Below, piece after piece: positions 1 through 9,503 of a stretch of 64,000 nt of DNA (the stretch's first letter is position 1; every line of letters starts with the position of its first letter). Below the pieces are notes generated by a model, which saw only the letters and a list, made by a program, of their open reading frames with translations, did not search any database and was not told where the DNA came from. Source of the stretch: Hydrurus foetidus (taxonomy: Eukaryota); the NCBI GenBank assembly GCA_900617105.1, contig UYFQ01000035.1, positions 1 through 64,000 on the forward strand, in the 5' to 3' direction. A program made the position numbers and the translations under genes.

Positions 1-1
1 G

Positions 2-579
2 CCACTACTGCCAGGACACAAGTATTGTGACCTTGTAACAGCCCTTGATCGCAATCTAGCAATAGTACGATCAATAACCAGTACATATCAGGAATCACTA
101 CGCAGCAAACGTCAATCCAACACGCCTTCAAGTTCGCACAACATATACCAACCTGGAGACTTCATCCTATGGAATCCACTAGAGACTCCACAATCCCTAC
201 GATCCAGTAAGCTTTCTCCAAAGCTCCTCGGATCCTACGAAGTAATACAACAAAAAAAAACGATATTAGATGCAAACATGTCGTTACCAACATCATCTCA
301 GTACTTCACTCAAGCAGAGTTACACCATTCGTTGGTACTACAACCGATGCACAAACATCAGCACTTCTCGACCGTGATGAATTCATTGTCAATTCAGTCA
401 TTACTCACCGTGGAAATGCGAAGAAAGTGTCCTCCCTCGAGTTCCTAATCCGCTGGTTCAACTACTCCTCAGCACATGATTCATGGGAACCATGGGCTGA
501 AATGAAAAAGGTATCGGTTGTACACGACTATCTCCTACAAAACAACATGTCAAACATCATTCCACAACAGTACAAGTAA
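2..579 (+). pseudogene. pol: pol C-terminus: integrase GPY/F region and chromodomain, with a frameshift in the A-run at ~252-260
   Basis: Manual translation, frame 2: ...YQPGDFILW...KLSPKLLGSYEVIQQ (GPY/F-like). After a shift to frame 1: ...LHSSRVTPF...EFIVNSVITHRG...LEFLIRWFNYSSAHDSWEPWAEM...YK* (chromodomain signature LIRW..Y....SWEP). The frameshift may be a homopolymer sequencing error. Confidence 0.85.
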
Positions 580-739
580 ACTTACCTTCGGACTCCATCC
601 TGCTTCAGCTGGAACACTTCAGTCTTTGAGAACAAGTCTGAGGCTTGCCCACATTCCTTTTCCCACTCAATGAAACATAGCCGAAGCTACTATGTGAGGA
701 CGGCATTCAAAATGTGGGTTTGCCCCCTAAAATAACACT

Positions 740-1378
740 CTATTCAGATATCTTCGCTTTCTTTCCCTTCTCATACAAGTCAAAATAATAACAATCCGTC
801 AAATCAATCATCTTGCCTGCCAAGTTCACAATGCTAAAATCAATGCTACCCTTAGTACATGCATTATCAAATAATCTCAATCCATTTTCATCATTTCGAA
901 CACTACATGCATGATCTTTGCGACTCAATCCCTTGGCCATCTTGCTGAAAATCTCGAGTTCTTCACCCATGCAATCTGCTTTCTTCATCCTCTTGATAAG
1001 CGCCTCGTGAAACCGGTTCAACCGCTTTGCTTTGCCGAATATCACATAAATTCCTCTCCTTCTTCCTACTGTCTTCATCAACGACTGAACGTTCCAACGG
1101 CGGCTCTTGTCGTGTCTTCCTACAACCCTCCTGAACTCAAACTTCAACTTTATCCCCAGTTCTCGATTCCCAGCACACACATACTTCAGAAAACCAACTG
1201 CTTCTTCCACCGATGCGCCGTAGTGAAGCTTATGATCTACAGGCAAACCCGCAGATTCCTTGAACACATCGCCTGCATCGCCGTCCAGTCGCATCCACCC
1301 CTGCTGCTTCGCAGTCAGTGGTAAAAACATCGCAGCGGCCATGCACAAGTTTTTCGACGGCTGGACCTCGTCCTTCAT
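740..1378 (-). CDS. Antisense accessory ORF (212 aa) inside the chromovirus; possible papain-fold cysteine protease
   Basis: Seen: intact ATG ORF between the pol stop and the PPT, with motifs NLCMAAA...DHACSVR...LFDN. The function is inferred. Confidence 0.55.
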   Translation of the reverse strand: MKDEVQPSKNLCMAAAMFLPLTAKQQGWMRLDGDAGDVFKESAGLPVDHKLHYGASVEEAVGFLKYVCAGNRELGIKLKFEFRRVVGRHDKSRRWNVQSLMKTVGRRRGIYVIFGKAKRLNRFHEALIKRMKKADCMGEELEIFSKMAKGLSRKDHACSVRNDENGLRLFDNACTKGSIDFSIVNLAGKMIDLTDCYYFDLYEKGKKAKISE

Positions 1379-1738
1379 GATGCTGTGTATTTGAGTTGTG
1401 AATATCCAAACGATTCGTTCAATATGAGGTATGTGGTGTATAGTCGAATATTTCGCGACTCAACTTTTTCCTTTCCTGAAAAAACCATTTTGCAGCCACG
1501 TCACAATTGTTCCCGGAGGCCAAGAAGTTGCATGAGAACGTTCCAATTGCACTGGTCTGTCGGGAGAGCGCTGCACCTACAACGCTCGAGGCCGTGAGTT
1601 CCAACCCTGTACAGTTCACCAATGTATTTTTAAATTCACGTAATTTAGCTTTTCTAGCGATACCCTGTATTTGATGAACTCACTGAGTTGTAGTTAATAC
1701 AGCGTATTTATTTTTTACCATTGTAATACATTTCATCC

Positions 1739-1751
1739 GGAAAGGGGGTGG
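1739..1751 (+). promoter_or_regulatory. Polypurine tract of the chromovirus
   Basis: GGAAAGGGGGTGG lies immediately before TGTTACA. Confidence 0.75.
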
Positions 1752-2114
1752 TGTTACATTCGTTACTTCATATCAATCACACGTATGTACATACACAACG
1801 CACGTCACTCGTAGCCACTAGTTTTTCGGACCAGTTTTCGGTTTCTGACTGTTCGACAACCTCAACTCGAGACATACTCCATCGTAGCCAATCTCACACT
1901 CCTTTCACATCTTATTAACTTACGTTACTGAAAACCCAAAACCAACTTCGACTCCTTTGAGTCAGCCAAATCCCTTGCTCAGTCCAATTCGTCTGACAAG
2001 ATCCCCAGTTGCGCCAATCTGCCCAACTGGACAATTAACGTTTCATCTTCAACCAGTTCGTCGAAGCCGTGACGCAGCATAAGCACAGTAATATCACGAC
2101 ACGTAATCACAACA
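1752..2114 (+). repeat. 3' LTR of the chromovirus (~363 bp; 3' end tentative)
   Basis: Starts TGTTACA directly after the PPT. The best CA terminus is ...GTAATCACAACA at 2114. The 5' LTR is outside the window, so the end cannot be confirmed. Confidence 0.6.
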
Positions 2115-3287
2115 TTGAGAATGTATCCTTTTTTGGTGTGGTTTGTATCACCATCACTAAGAAAACAGTCAAAACAGACAAAGTCTAACATGCCTGTGCA
2201 CATCAAGTCATCTAGTATGGGTGCTAACTTGGCAGCCCATTCCCTTTTGATGTGCCCAATGTGCTCACCAGGATCAAAAGCTCCCTTATTACACCCGCCA
2301 ATGCTGTCCGGTGCGCGCACTTGAACGCAGTTCGCATCTACACAAGCATTGTATACATTTACATTCTTATCCGTTAGTCTGTAAAGTGAGAATTAATATG
2401 ACAGAGTAGGTCACAGTTGAGTAATCATAAACGAAATAAAAATTGCAAATTGTCCGTTTTTAAACACAAGGGTAGTGTCCATGAAGAAAGAATGAAGGGT
2501 AATAAGCTGGAGTGACTACGTTCATTAATAAACAGGTCATATATGCGCAGCATTATGACGAAGCATTACGCCTCTCTCGTAGAGTAGACAGATTGAAAAA
2601 AAAATGCAAGGGCTTCGCTTCGTGCCGCAAATGGTACAGTTATGCGACATCAATCAGGAATTCAAAATTAGGTAGGTCATGTCTGAGGTCAGTAACACGG
2701 CAGGTGAAAATATAGTTGTCAAAAGTTTGACAGGAGGAGCAATAATTTACCGTGCAGATTGTGGGGATTTCTCATCAATCTGCACACCGATCCTTTCTTG
2801 ACTTTGATCCCTCTATCCAGGGCAAAAAGTCCTGTTGCCTCGCACTTGAAGCTGTGAATTTGGATCATGCCTGTAATTGAAGACGATCTCGCAAATTAGC
2901 GATTTGTAATCAAGGACAGCTCCAATTTGGACTCTCTCGACGGATTCGAGTGCTAAAATGAAGTCCTGAACATAAATGAGAGCGAAAAGGACAATTGATT
3001 TTGCAGGAGCCACGATAATCATCAAATCACCAGATCGCTGTTGAAAAATATGATCTATGGCGATTCAATCTTCAAATGAAAGCTTCCTCAGATCTCAATG
3101 ACGAAATCATCAAGTAATAACCACACCAATCAGGTCAGTTTGCACCACTCAGAAGCTGATGAGGTGAACAACTGGTGATGTTGTTGTGTTGTGAATGCGA
3201 AGTTGTGATTTGGGGAGTATTTTCAGCGGCGGACATAAAGAAGGCCTAATTCCCGGATGTACACTCAACCGAAATAAAACATAGGGT

Positions 3288-3601
3288 TGCGGCTACTAAC
3301 GGGAGCTTGCGGACGCTTGCTACTAGTTCTTTGGAGGTTGTGTGGGTGCCGATTTTGCACGTACGCTACTACTCGCCGGGAACCGGCTAGTGCTTCCGCA
3401 TGAAAGTTTTTCATGCATGTCGACGACGATACCGCACTATCGATACATCTACTTTTAGTGTAGTCAATAACGTACTTTCTCTTTGTTTGCATCTACGTAT
3501 TCATACTCCCGTCGGGACTACATGTCAGAGCGGAATAGCTTAGCATTAGTAGTCTGAGGATCGTGAGTGCTTCGTCGACAATTCTTGAAGACTGTGCGAT
3601 T
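3288..3601 (+). repeat. Split direct repeat A1 (314 bp)
   Basis: Identical by eye to 10961-11274 (TGCGGCTACTAAC...CTGTGCGATT). Contains the hairpin GCATGAAA-GTT-TTTCATGC. Confidence 0.95.
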
Positions 3602-3612
3602 CATTTTTTACG

Positions 3613-5280
3613 ATGACCTCAATTAATCCCGATGACATTCTGTTTCGCGAAAATCAACAGTTAGAAATTGAAGGAGCTGATCGAGTTGTGAAAAGAAAAA
3701 TTTTTAATAGAGAAAATTTTACTGCCGTTGGGCCTTCATACACTCCAGTATCATCAGAATGTCAACGCTCAATAGACTTTACCTCATCTATCAGCGGCAA
3801 GTCCGAAACAATCGACGGCGACATATTCGCTGATCAAATGTGTTTTGCAGTTCCAGCCGTTGATATGGAAGTTAACACATTTATGATGTGGACAAACGAA
3901 CGTCCAAATGCCTCAGAACAAGCAGACGCAGATTTCGCATCTACTTGCAATTGGGTATTCGGGCATGTCAAGGGGATTCTAAAAGAGAAGACTATGATAG
4001 TTATCATTGGACTGTTATTTGAAGACGACGATAAACCTGCACCTACGTTGGGTCATAAGGTTATCATTACGCCAGAATCTTTTCTGATGCCAAGTGGACT
4101 GAATAATGAGTCTGCTGTGCATCTGCTCGCGGACTTCAATGCCACTGATGCGGACGTTGCGGCAAAGTTACACGCAAACAAGCGTCAACGCGTTCAATTG
4201 ACGACTTCCTCGCGCTCGAGTAGCACAAACCAAGGTGAGTCCAGCATATTCTTACAGGATATTGACGGCAACAACCATCAGACAAGAGAAAAGAAAGATA
4301 TAAGCAAAAGAGAAAAAGAGCTTGGGCCTATGTGGAGGCTACTGAAAGGACGGGAAAAACACATAATGGGGAGAGACTGTGTATTACAAATCAGCGAATA
4401 TAAGCAGAATATCATGGACGAGTCCATCAATCAAATTAAGGATACAACTTCGGAATATTCTGACTCGAGTCTGGTGAGACAACTCACCGCACATTCAATT
4501 GTCAAGGACGACAAGTACCTTAAGATGTTCCTTCGCGCAAACTTCGGTACAGATTCCACTACTTCGCTGTCTTTCAGTTCATTTCTTTCGAGACCATTTT
4601 TACCGGGAACTCTGCCATCCTACACCGCACGACTTGAATACACGCAAGCAGCAGCTTCATTTGAAGTGGCGGCCCGTGTGTTCTACTCGAAGGAGTTTGT
4701 TAAAGTAATGGATCCAATTTTGCTAATACTCTCGGGACCCTTAGATTTACTCTCACTCGTTTCAGACGATTTACTACTGTGGACTATCGAGAGAACCTTT
4801 ACTAAATGGGGGAAAGCAGTGAGGACAGATGTAACATCTACGGAATTTCCAACGATAGCATTGGGAACACCAACAGGATGCGCACGATTACTGACGTCAA
4901 TGCTGACAGCCGACCTTATGTTGTTAACCGGGGAATCTTTATTCTTGCAAGAAAGATTTTACAGAGCAGCGATCGCCGCTCAGGTTGCGATTTATGAATC
5001 GGAAAAATTCATCAAACCCATCGCCGACATTGATAGAGAAAAATCCCCGCAGAAAATGACGAATTGCAGGTTCCACATGGCGTATCTACTTAATGCCAAG
5101 CTTCAAGATGGAAAGAAAATATCGCCATGCAAGAAAGGAAAAGATTGCTACTCGTCCCATGTCGCCCTAAACGCGATCACCAAAGCTGCGGCCTTGTCTC
5201 TCGCAGATAAATTCAACCCAAAGTTGAAAGAATCGGTGATGGAGCGCATAGAAGAAATGACGAACAAGTTCAAGAAATAA
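3613..5280 (+). CDS. gag: ORF1, gag-like protein (555 aa) with a C-terminal CCCH-like zinc finger
   Basis: First ORF of the element, just after A1. The C-terminal CRFH...PCKKGKDCYSSH (C-x5-C-x3-H) resembles the ORF1 zinc fingers of Ngaro elements. Confidence 0.75.
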   Translation: MTSINPDDILFRENQQLEIEGADRVVKRKIFNRENFTAVGPSYTPVSSECQRSIDFTSSISGKSETIDGDIFADQMCFAVPAVDMEVNTFMMWTNERPNASEQADADFASTCNWVFGHVKGILKEKTMIVIIGLLFEDDDKPAPTLGHKVIITPESFLMPSGLNNESAVHLLADFNATDADVAAKLHANKRQRVQLTTSSRSSSTNQGESSIFLQDIDGNNHQTREKKDISKREKELGPMWRLLKGREKHIMGRDCVLQISEYKQNIMDESINQIKDTTSEYSDSSLVRQLTAHSIVKDDKYLKMFLRANFGTDSTTSLSFSSFLSRPFLPGTLPSYTARLEYTQAAASFEVAARVFYSKEFVKVMDPILLILSGPLDLLSLVSDDLLLWTIERTFTKWGKAVRTDVTSTEFPTIALGTPTGCARLLTSMLTADLMLLTGESLFLQERFYRAAIAAQVAIYESEKFIKPIADIDREKSPQKMTNCRFHMAYLLNAKLQDGKKISPCKKGKDCYSSHVALNAITKAAALSLADKFNPKLKESVMERIEEMTNKFKK

Positions 5281-8200
5281 GATGAGGGTGGTTCTGATTT
5301 GCGGATCAAACCACTATCCGCAAACTTCGCTACAGGCCGGACTCTGAGGAGTACGGAAGTAGCGAACGCATCTCGCACGAGCACTTTGGAAAGTGCAGAT
5401 ATAACGAACTCGATACACGTTCCTACAGGCCGCACTCCAAGGAGTACGGAAGTAGCGAACGCATCTCACACGAGCACTTTGGAAAGTGCAGATATAACGA
5501 ACTCGATACACGTTCCTACAGGCCGCACTCCAAGGAGTACGGAAGTAGCGAACGCATCTCACACGAGCACTTTGGAAAGTGCAGATATAACGAACTCGAT
5601 ACACGTTCCTACAGGCCGCACTCCAAGGAGTACGGAAGTAGCGAACGCATCTCGCACGAGCACTTTGGAAAGTGCAGATATAACGAACTCGATACACGTT
5701 CCTACAGGCCGCACTCCAAGGAGTACGGAAGTAGCGAACGCATCTCACACGAGCACTTTGGAAAGTGCAGATATAACGAACTCGATACACGTTCCTACAG
5801 GCCGCACTCCAAGGAGTACGGAAGTAGCGAACGCATCTCACACGAGCACTTTGGAAAGTGCAGATATAACGAACTCGATACACGTTCCTACAGGCCGCAC
5901 TCCAAGGAGTACGGAAGTAGCGAACGCATCTCACACGAGCACTTTGGAAAGTGCAGATATAACGAACTCGATACACGTTCCTACAGGCCGCACTCCAAGG
6001 AGTACGGAAGTAGCGAACGCATCTCGCACGAGCACTTTGGAAAGTGCAGATATAACGAACTCGATACACGTTCCTACAGGCCGCACTCCAAGGAGTACGG
6101 AAGTAGCGAACGCATCTCACACGAGCACTTTGGAAAGTGCAGATATAACGAACTCGATACACGTTCCTACAGGCCGCACTCCAAGGAGTACGGAAGTAGC
6201 GAACGCATCTCACACGAGCACTTTGGAAAGTGCAGATATAACGAACTCGATACACGTTCCTACAGGCCGCACTCTGAGGAGTACGGAAGTAGCGAACGCA
6301 TCTCACACAAGCACTTTGGAAAGTGCAGATATAACGAACTCGATACACGTTCCTACAGGCCGCACTCCAAGGAGTACGGAAGTAGCGAACGCATCTCACA
6401 CAAGCACTTTGGAAAGTGCAGATATAACGAACTCGATACACGTTCCTACAGGCCACACTCCAAGGAGTACGGAAGTAGCGAACGCATCTCACACGAGCAC
6501 TTTGGAAAGTGCAGATATAACGAACTCGATACACGTTCCTACAGGCCGCACTCCAAGGAGTACGGAAGTAGCGAACGCATCTCACACGAGCACTTTGGAG
6601 AGTGCAGATATAACGAACTCGATACACGTTCCTACAGGCCGCACTCCAAGGAGTACGGAAGTAGCGAACGCATCTCGCACGAGCACTTTGGAAAGTGCAG
6701 ATATAACGAACTCGATACACGTTCCTACAGGCCGCACTCCAAGGAGTACGGAAGTAGCGAACGCATCTCGCACGAGCACTTTGGAAAGTGCAGATATAAC
6801 GAACTCGATACACGTTCCTACAGGCCGCACTCCAAGGAGTACGGAAGTAGCGAACGCATCTCACACGAGCACTTTGGAAAGTGCAGATATAACGAACTCG
6901 ATACACGTTCCTACAGGCCGCACTCCAAGGAGTACGGAAGTAGCGAACGCATCTCACACGAGCACTTTGGAAAGTGCAGATATAACGAACTCGATACACG
7001 TTCCTACAGGCCGCACTCCAAGGAGTACGGAAGTAGCGAACGCATCTCACACGAGCACTTTGGAAAGTGCAGATATAACGAACTCGATACACGTTCCTAC
7101 AGGCCGCACTCCAAGGAGTACGGAAGTAGCGAACGCATCTCACACGAGCACTTTGGAAAGTGCAGATATAACGAACTCGATACACGTTCCTACAGGCCGC
7201 ACTCCAAGGAGTACGGAAGTAGCGAACGCATCTCACACGAGCACTTTGGAAAGTGCAGATATAACGAACTCGATACACGTTCCTACAGGCCGCACTCCAA
7301 GGAGTACGGAAGTAGCGAACGCATCTCGCACGAGCACTTTGGAGAGTGCAGATATAACGAACTCGATACACGTTCCTACAAGCCACACTCCAACGGTCGA
7401 AAGCATACGTGCAATTCTCACGGACGCTTACGTTTCCACGGACGAAAACTACGGAATAAAAGAAGCGATTGAATGGGCAGAAGGATTTGAAATTCCGTCT
7501 TCAGCCGTGGCAAGCGACATGAGAAAATTTCGCGCCGCTGGTTTAGACTTCAAGACCATGGTACGAAGACAGATATCGACCAATGCAGCGAATCGCCTGT
7601 CAAAGGAAAGAGTGGATATGTTATTGCCAAACAATCCTGAAAAGAACAAACTGTACAACTTGGCAAACGGAATGGTAATTCCTCACTGCCCTTTCTTCGT
7701 TCCGAACGCGCTCGGTGAAAGATCTCCGCCACGAGAATTGTATCTCAAGGTGCACAGCGCAGTAGACAAGATGCTCTTTAGTCTTCATGAGCAAGGACTT
7801 GCCTTTATCCTACCTGAAGCGGAGGCTATTGAGAAGATACCAGAGTTAAATTTGTGTAAAGCTCACTGGGCAAGAAAGAAAGGCAAGAAAAGCGGACGAC
7901 CAATCGGTGACCTATCAAATGGCGACGGAACACCGCTTAATTCAGAGTACGCTAAACTCGAGGCCGAGAAACTATGGGGAGCAATCAATCATCCAACAAT
8001 AAGCGATTTCATAATCATGATAATGGATCAATTCGAAAAGGAAACACAAAAAGACCCATCAGTGACGTGGGATGACGTCGTCATATGGACTATGGATCTA
8101 GCAGGAGCGTACACACTGCTCTCATTCAGACCCGACAATGCAAACTTGATGGGCATGGCATTGTCTAACGAGAGGGTATTCATATTCCTATGCGGCGTTT

Positions 8201-9411
8201 TCGGATGGACGGGAACACCTGCAGCATTTCAGGTTGTTACTAGGGCCTTGACGTTTGAAATGAATCATAAGCTAAGAGGTAGCGTAATGATGTACGTTGA
8301 TGACATTATGGGGGTCTGTCTAAGAAAGGATCTGACTCACGACATGACCAAGGCAAGATCGATTTGCACCGACCTACTTGGACCAAAAGCTGTCGCCGAT
8401 GACAAAAGTAAATCAGGACGACGTCTTGATTTGATAGGGTATGTGGTTGATCTCGACAAGAAAACGCTTTCAATAGCAAGAAAGAATTTTCTGAATACCG
8501 TTTACGGGTTCTTCACTGTCGATGCAACAGCACTAACAACTTTACCCTTCGCGCAAAAACTCGCTTCATGGGCGTCTAGGTACTCCATGATATTCAGACA
8601 CATGAGACCTTTCAGTAGCGCTCTTCATCAGGCAACATGCGGTCGGTCAAATAAAACAATTCCATTCGCATTTCGACCAGAAGCACAACGTTCAATTCGA
8701 ATGTGGAGAGCAACGTTAGCACTGGTTGAACTCAACGAAGCGCAATTTACGAGGCCACTGGATTCCTTTAAATCACACGACGTGCAATTCATTGTAGAAT
8801 TTGATGCATCGCTAAAGGGAATAGGTTTACTGTGGTACAAACGTGACAGTAACGAAAATGAGATTGCATTGGGAGCTTCTGCAGTCGATATAACTTCGAT
8901 GAACTTCGGCTGCGATTCTTCCTTTCAAAATGTCGCAGAGTACATAGGCGGATTGATCGGTCTCGTTGGACTTCTCAAGCTGGGAATCAGCAATGTGGCC
9001 GTTGAGTTTCGAGGAGATTCGCTGACTGCACTGTCATGGGCGAAAAAAGAAAAATCGAAAGGAAAATTGGTTTCCAATGCAGCGATTGTATTCTCGCTAC
9101 TATGCATCAAATTCGGACTAAACGTTCAAGAGACAACACATATATCAGGAGAGGAAAATTGGAGATGCGACACTCTATCTCGTCTGACACAAGAGGACTT
9201 CACAATCACTGAAGCGCTAGAAAGAATAGGGCGACGAGATACAGAAGTGATTGATATAAGTGACATCAATAGCACTACAACTCTGTTGCGAAACTGCAGT
9301 CCACAAGTGATTTTAAACGAAGAAGATGACTTTCTCCGTTTCTGGACAGAAGTCCAAAGTGCATTGAACGACATAGCGAGAGATCTTGCATTGCAGCATA
9401 CACTCGCATGA
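5281..9411 (+). CDS. pol: ORF2: tandem-repeat N-terminus, reverse transcriptase and RNase H
   Basis: RT motifs TMDLAGAY, FGWTGTPAAF, MYVDD, LIGY. RNase H motifs FDAS, NVAEY, GDS, HISGEENWRCDTLSR. The frame is open from 5281, directly after the gag TAA; there is no in-frame ATG before ~7520. Confidence 0.92.
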   Translation, partial: DEGGSDLRIKPLSANFATGRTLRSTEVANASRTSTLESADITNSIHVPTGRTPRSTEVANASHTSTLESADITNSIHVPTGRTPRSTEVANASHTSTLESADITNSIHVPTGRTPRSTEVANASRTSTLESADITNSIHVPTGRTPRSTEVANASHTSTLESADITNSIHVPTGRTPRSTEVANASHTSTLESADITNSIHVPTGRTPRSTEVANASHTSTLESADITNSIHVPTGRTPRSTEVANASRTSTLESADITNSIHVPTGRTPRSTEVANASHTSTLESADITNSIHVPTGRTPRSTEVANASHTSTLESADITNSIHVPTGRTLRSTEVANASHTSTLESADITNSIHVPTGRTPRSTEVANASHTSTLESADITNSIHVPTGHTPRSTEVANASHTSTLESADITNSIHVPTGRTPRSTEVANASHTSTLESADITNSIHVPTGRTPRSTEVANASRTSTLESADITNSIHVPTGRTPRSTEVANASRTSTLESADITNSIHVPTGRTPRSTEVANASHTSTLESADITNSIHVPTGRTPRSTEVANASHTSTLESADITNSIHVPTGRTPRSTEVANASHTSTLESADITNSIHVPTGRTPRSTEVANASHTSTLESADITNSIHVPTGRTPRSTEVANASHTSTLESADITNSIHVPTGRTPRSTEVANASRTSTLESADITNSIHVPTSHTPTVESIRAILTDAYVSTDENYGIKEAIEWAEGFEIPSSAVASDMRKFRAAGLDFKTMVRRQISTNAANRLSKERVDMLLPNNPEKNKLYNLANGMVIPHCPFFVPNALGERSPPRELYLKVHSAVDKMLFSLHEQGLAFILPEAEAIEKIPELNLCKAHWARKKGKKSGRPIGDLSNGDGTPLNSEYAKLEAEKLWGAINHPTISDFIIMIMDQFEKETQKDPSVTWDDVVIWTMDLAGAYTLLSFRPDNANLMGMALSNERVFIFLCGVFGWTGTPAAFQVVTRALTFEMNHKLRGSVMMYVDDIMGVCLRKDLTHDMTKARSICTDLLGPKAVADDKSKSGRRLDLIGYVVDLDKKTLSIARKNFLNTVYGFFTVDATALTTLPFAQKLASWASRYSMIFRHMRPFSSALHQATCGRSNKTIPFAFRPEAQRSIRMWRATLALVELNEAQFTRPLDSFKSHDVQFIVEFDASLKGIGLLWYKRDSNENEIALGASAVDITSMNFGCDSSFQNVAEYIGGLIGLVGLLKLGISNVAVEFRGDSLTALSWAKKEKSKGKLVSNAAIVFSLLCIKFGLNVQETTHISGEENWRCDTLSRLTQEDFTITEALERIGRRDTEVIDISDINSTTTLLRNCSPQVILNEEDDFLRFWTEVQSALNDIARDLALQHTLA
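5330..7393 (+). repeat. 93-bp tandem repeat, ~22 copies, in frame in ORF2 (31-aa unit PTGRTPRSTEVANASHTSTLESADITNSIHV)
   Basis: The unit CCTACAGGCCGCACTCCAAGGAGTACGG...GATACACGTT recurs every 93 bp (e.g. 5701, 5794) with few substitutions. Confidence 0.97.
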
Positions 9412-9503
9412 CACAACGTATCATGCTACGTTCTTGATACGCGTGATTTGATCATCTCATTACACGAGCTATTATACGATACTATTTAGATAAAGGAACA
9501 TGC

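Larger units (their letters stand above)
1..2114 (+). mobile_element. 3' part of a Ty3/Gypsy chromovirus LTR retrotransposon (runs off the left edge)
   Basis: Seen: integrase C-terminus plus chromodomain (1-579), polypurine tract at 1739-1751, then TGTTACA at 1752 and a candidate ...CACAACA end at 2114. Established: the order IN-GPY/F-chromodomain-PPT-LTR defines chromoviruses. Confidence 0.85.

Noticed and set aside
1979..3200. Short ORFs between the two retroelements
   Set aside because: No recognisable domains. ORF 1979-2320 runs into the LTR and is probably chimeric.
3265..3492. Duplicated short minus-strand ORF (also 10917-11165)
   Set aside because: It is only the reverse reading of repeats A1 and A2.
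5314..7386. 690-aa antisense ORF
   Set aside because: It coincides exactly with the 93-bp array and is a shadow frame.
5330..7393. 93-bp array as a CRISPR array
   Set aside because: There are no unique spacers (the whole unit repeats), no cas genes, and the context is a eukaryotic retroelement.
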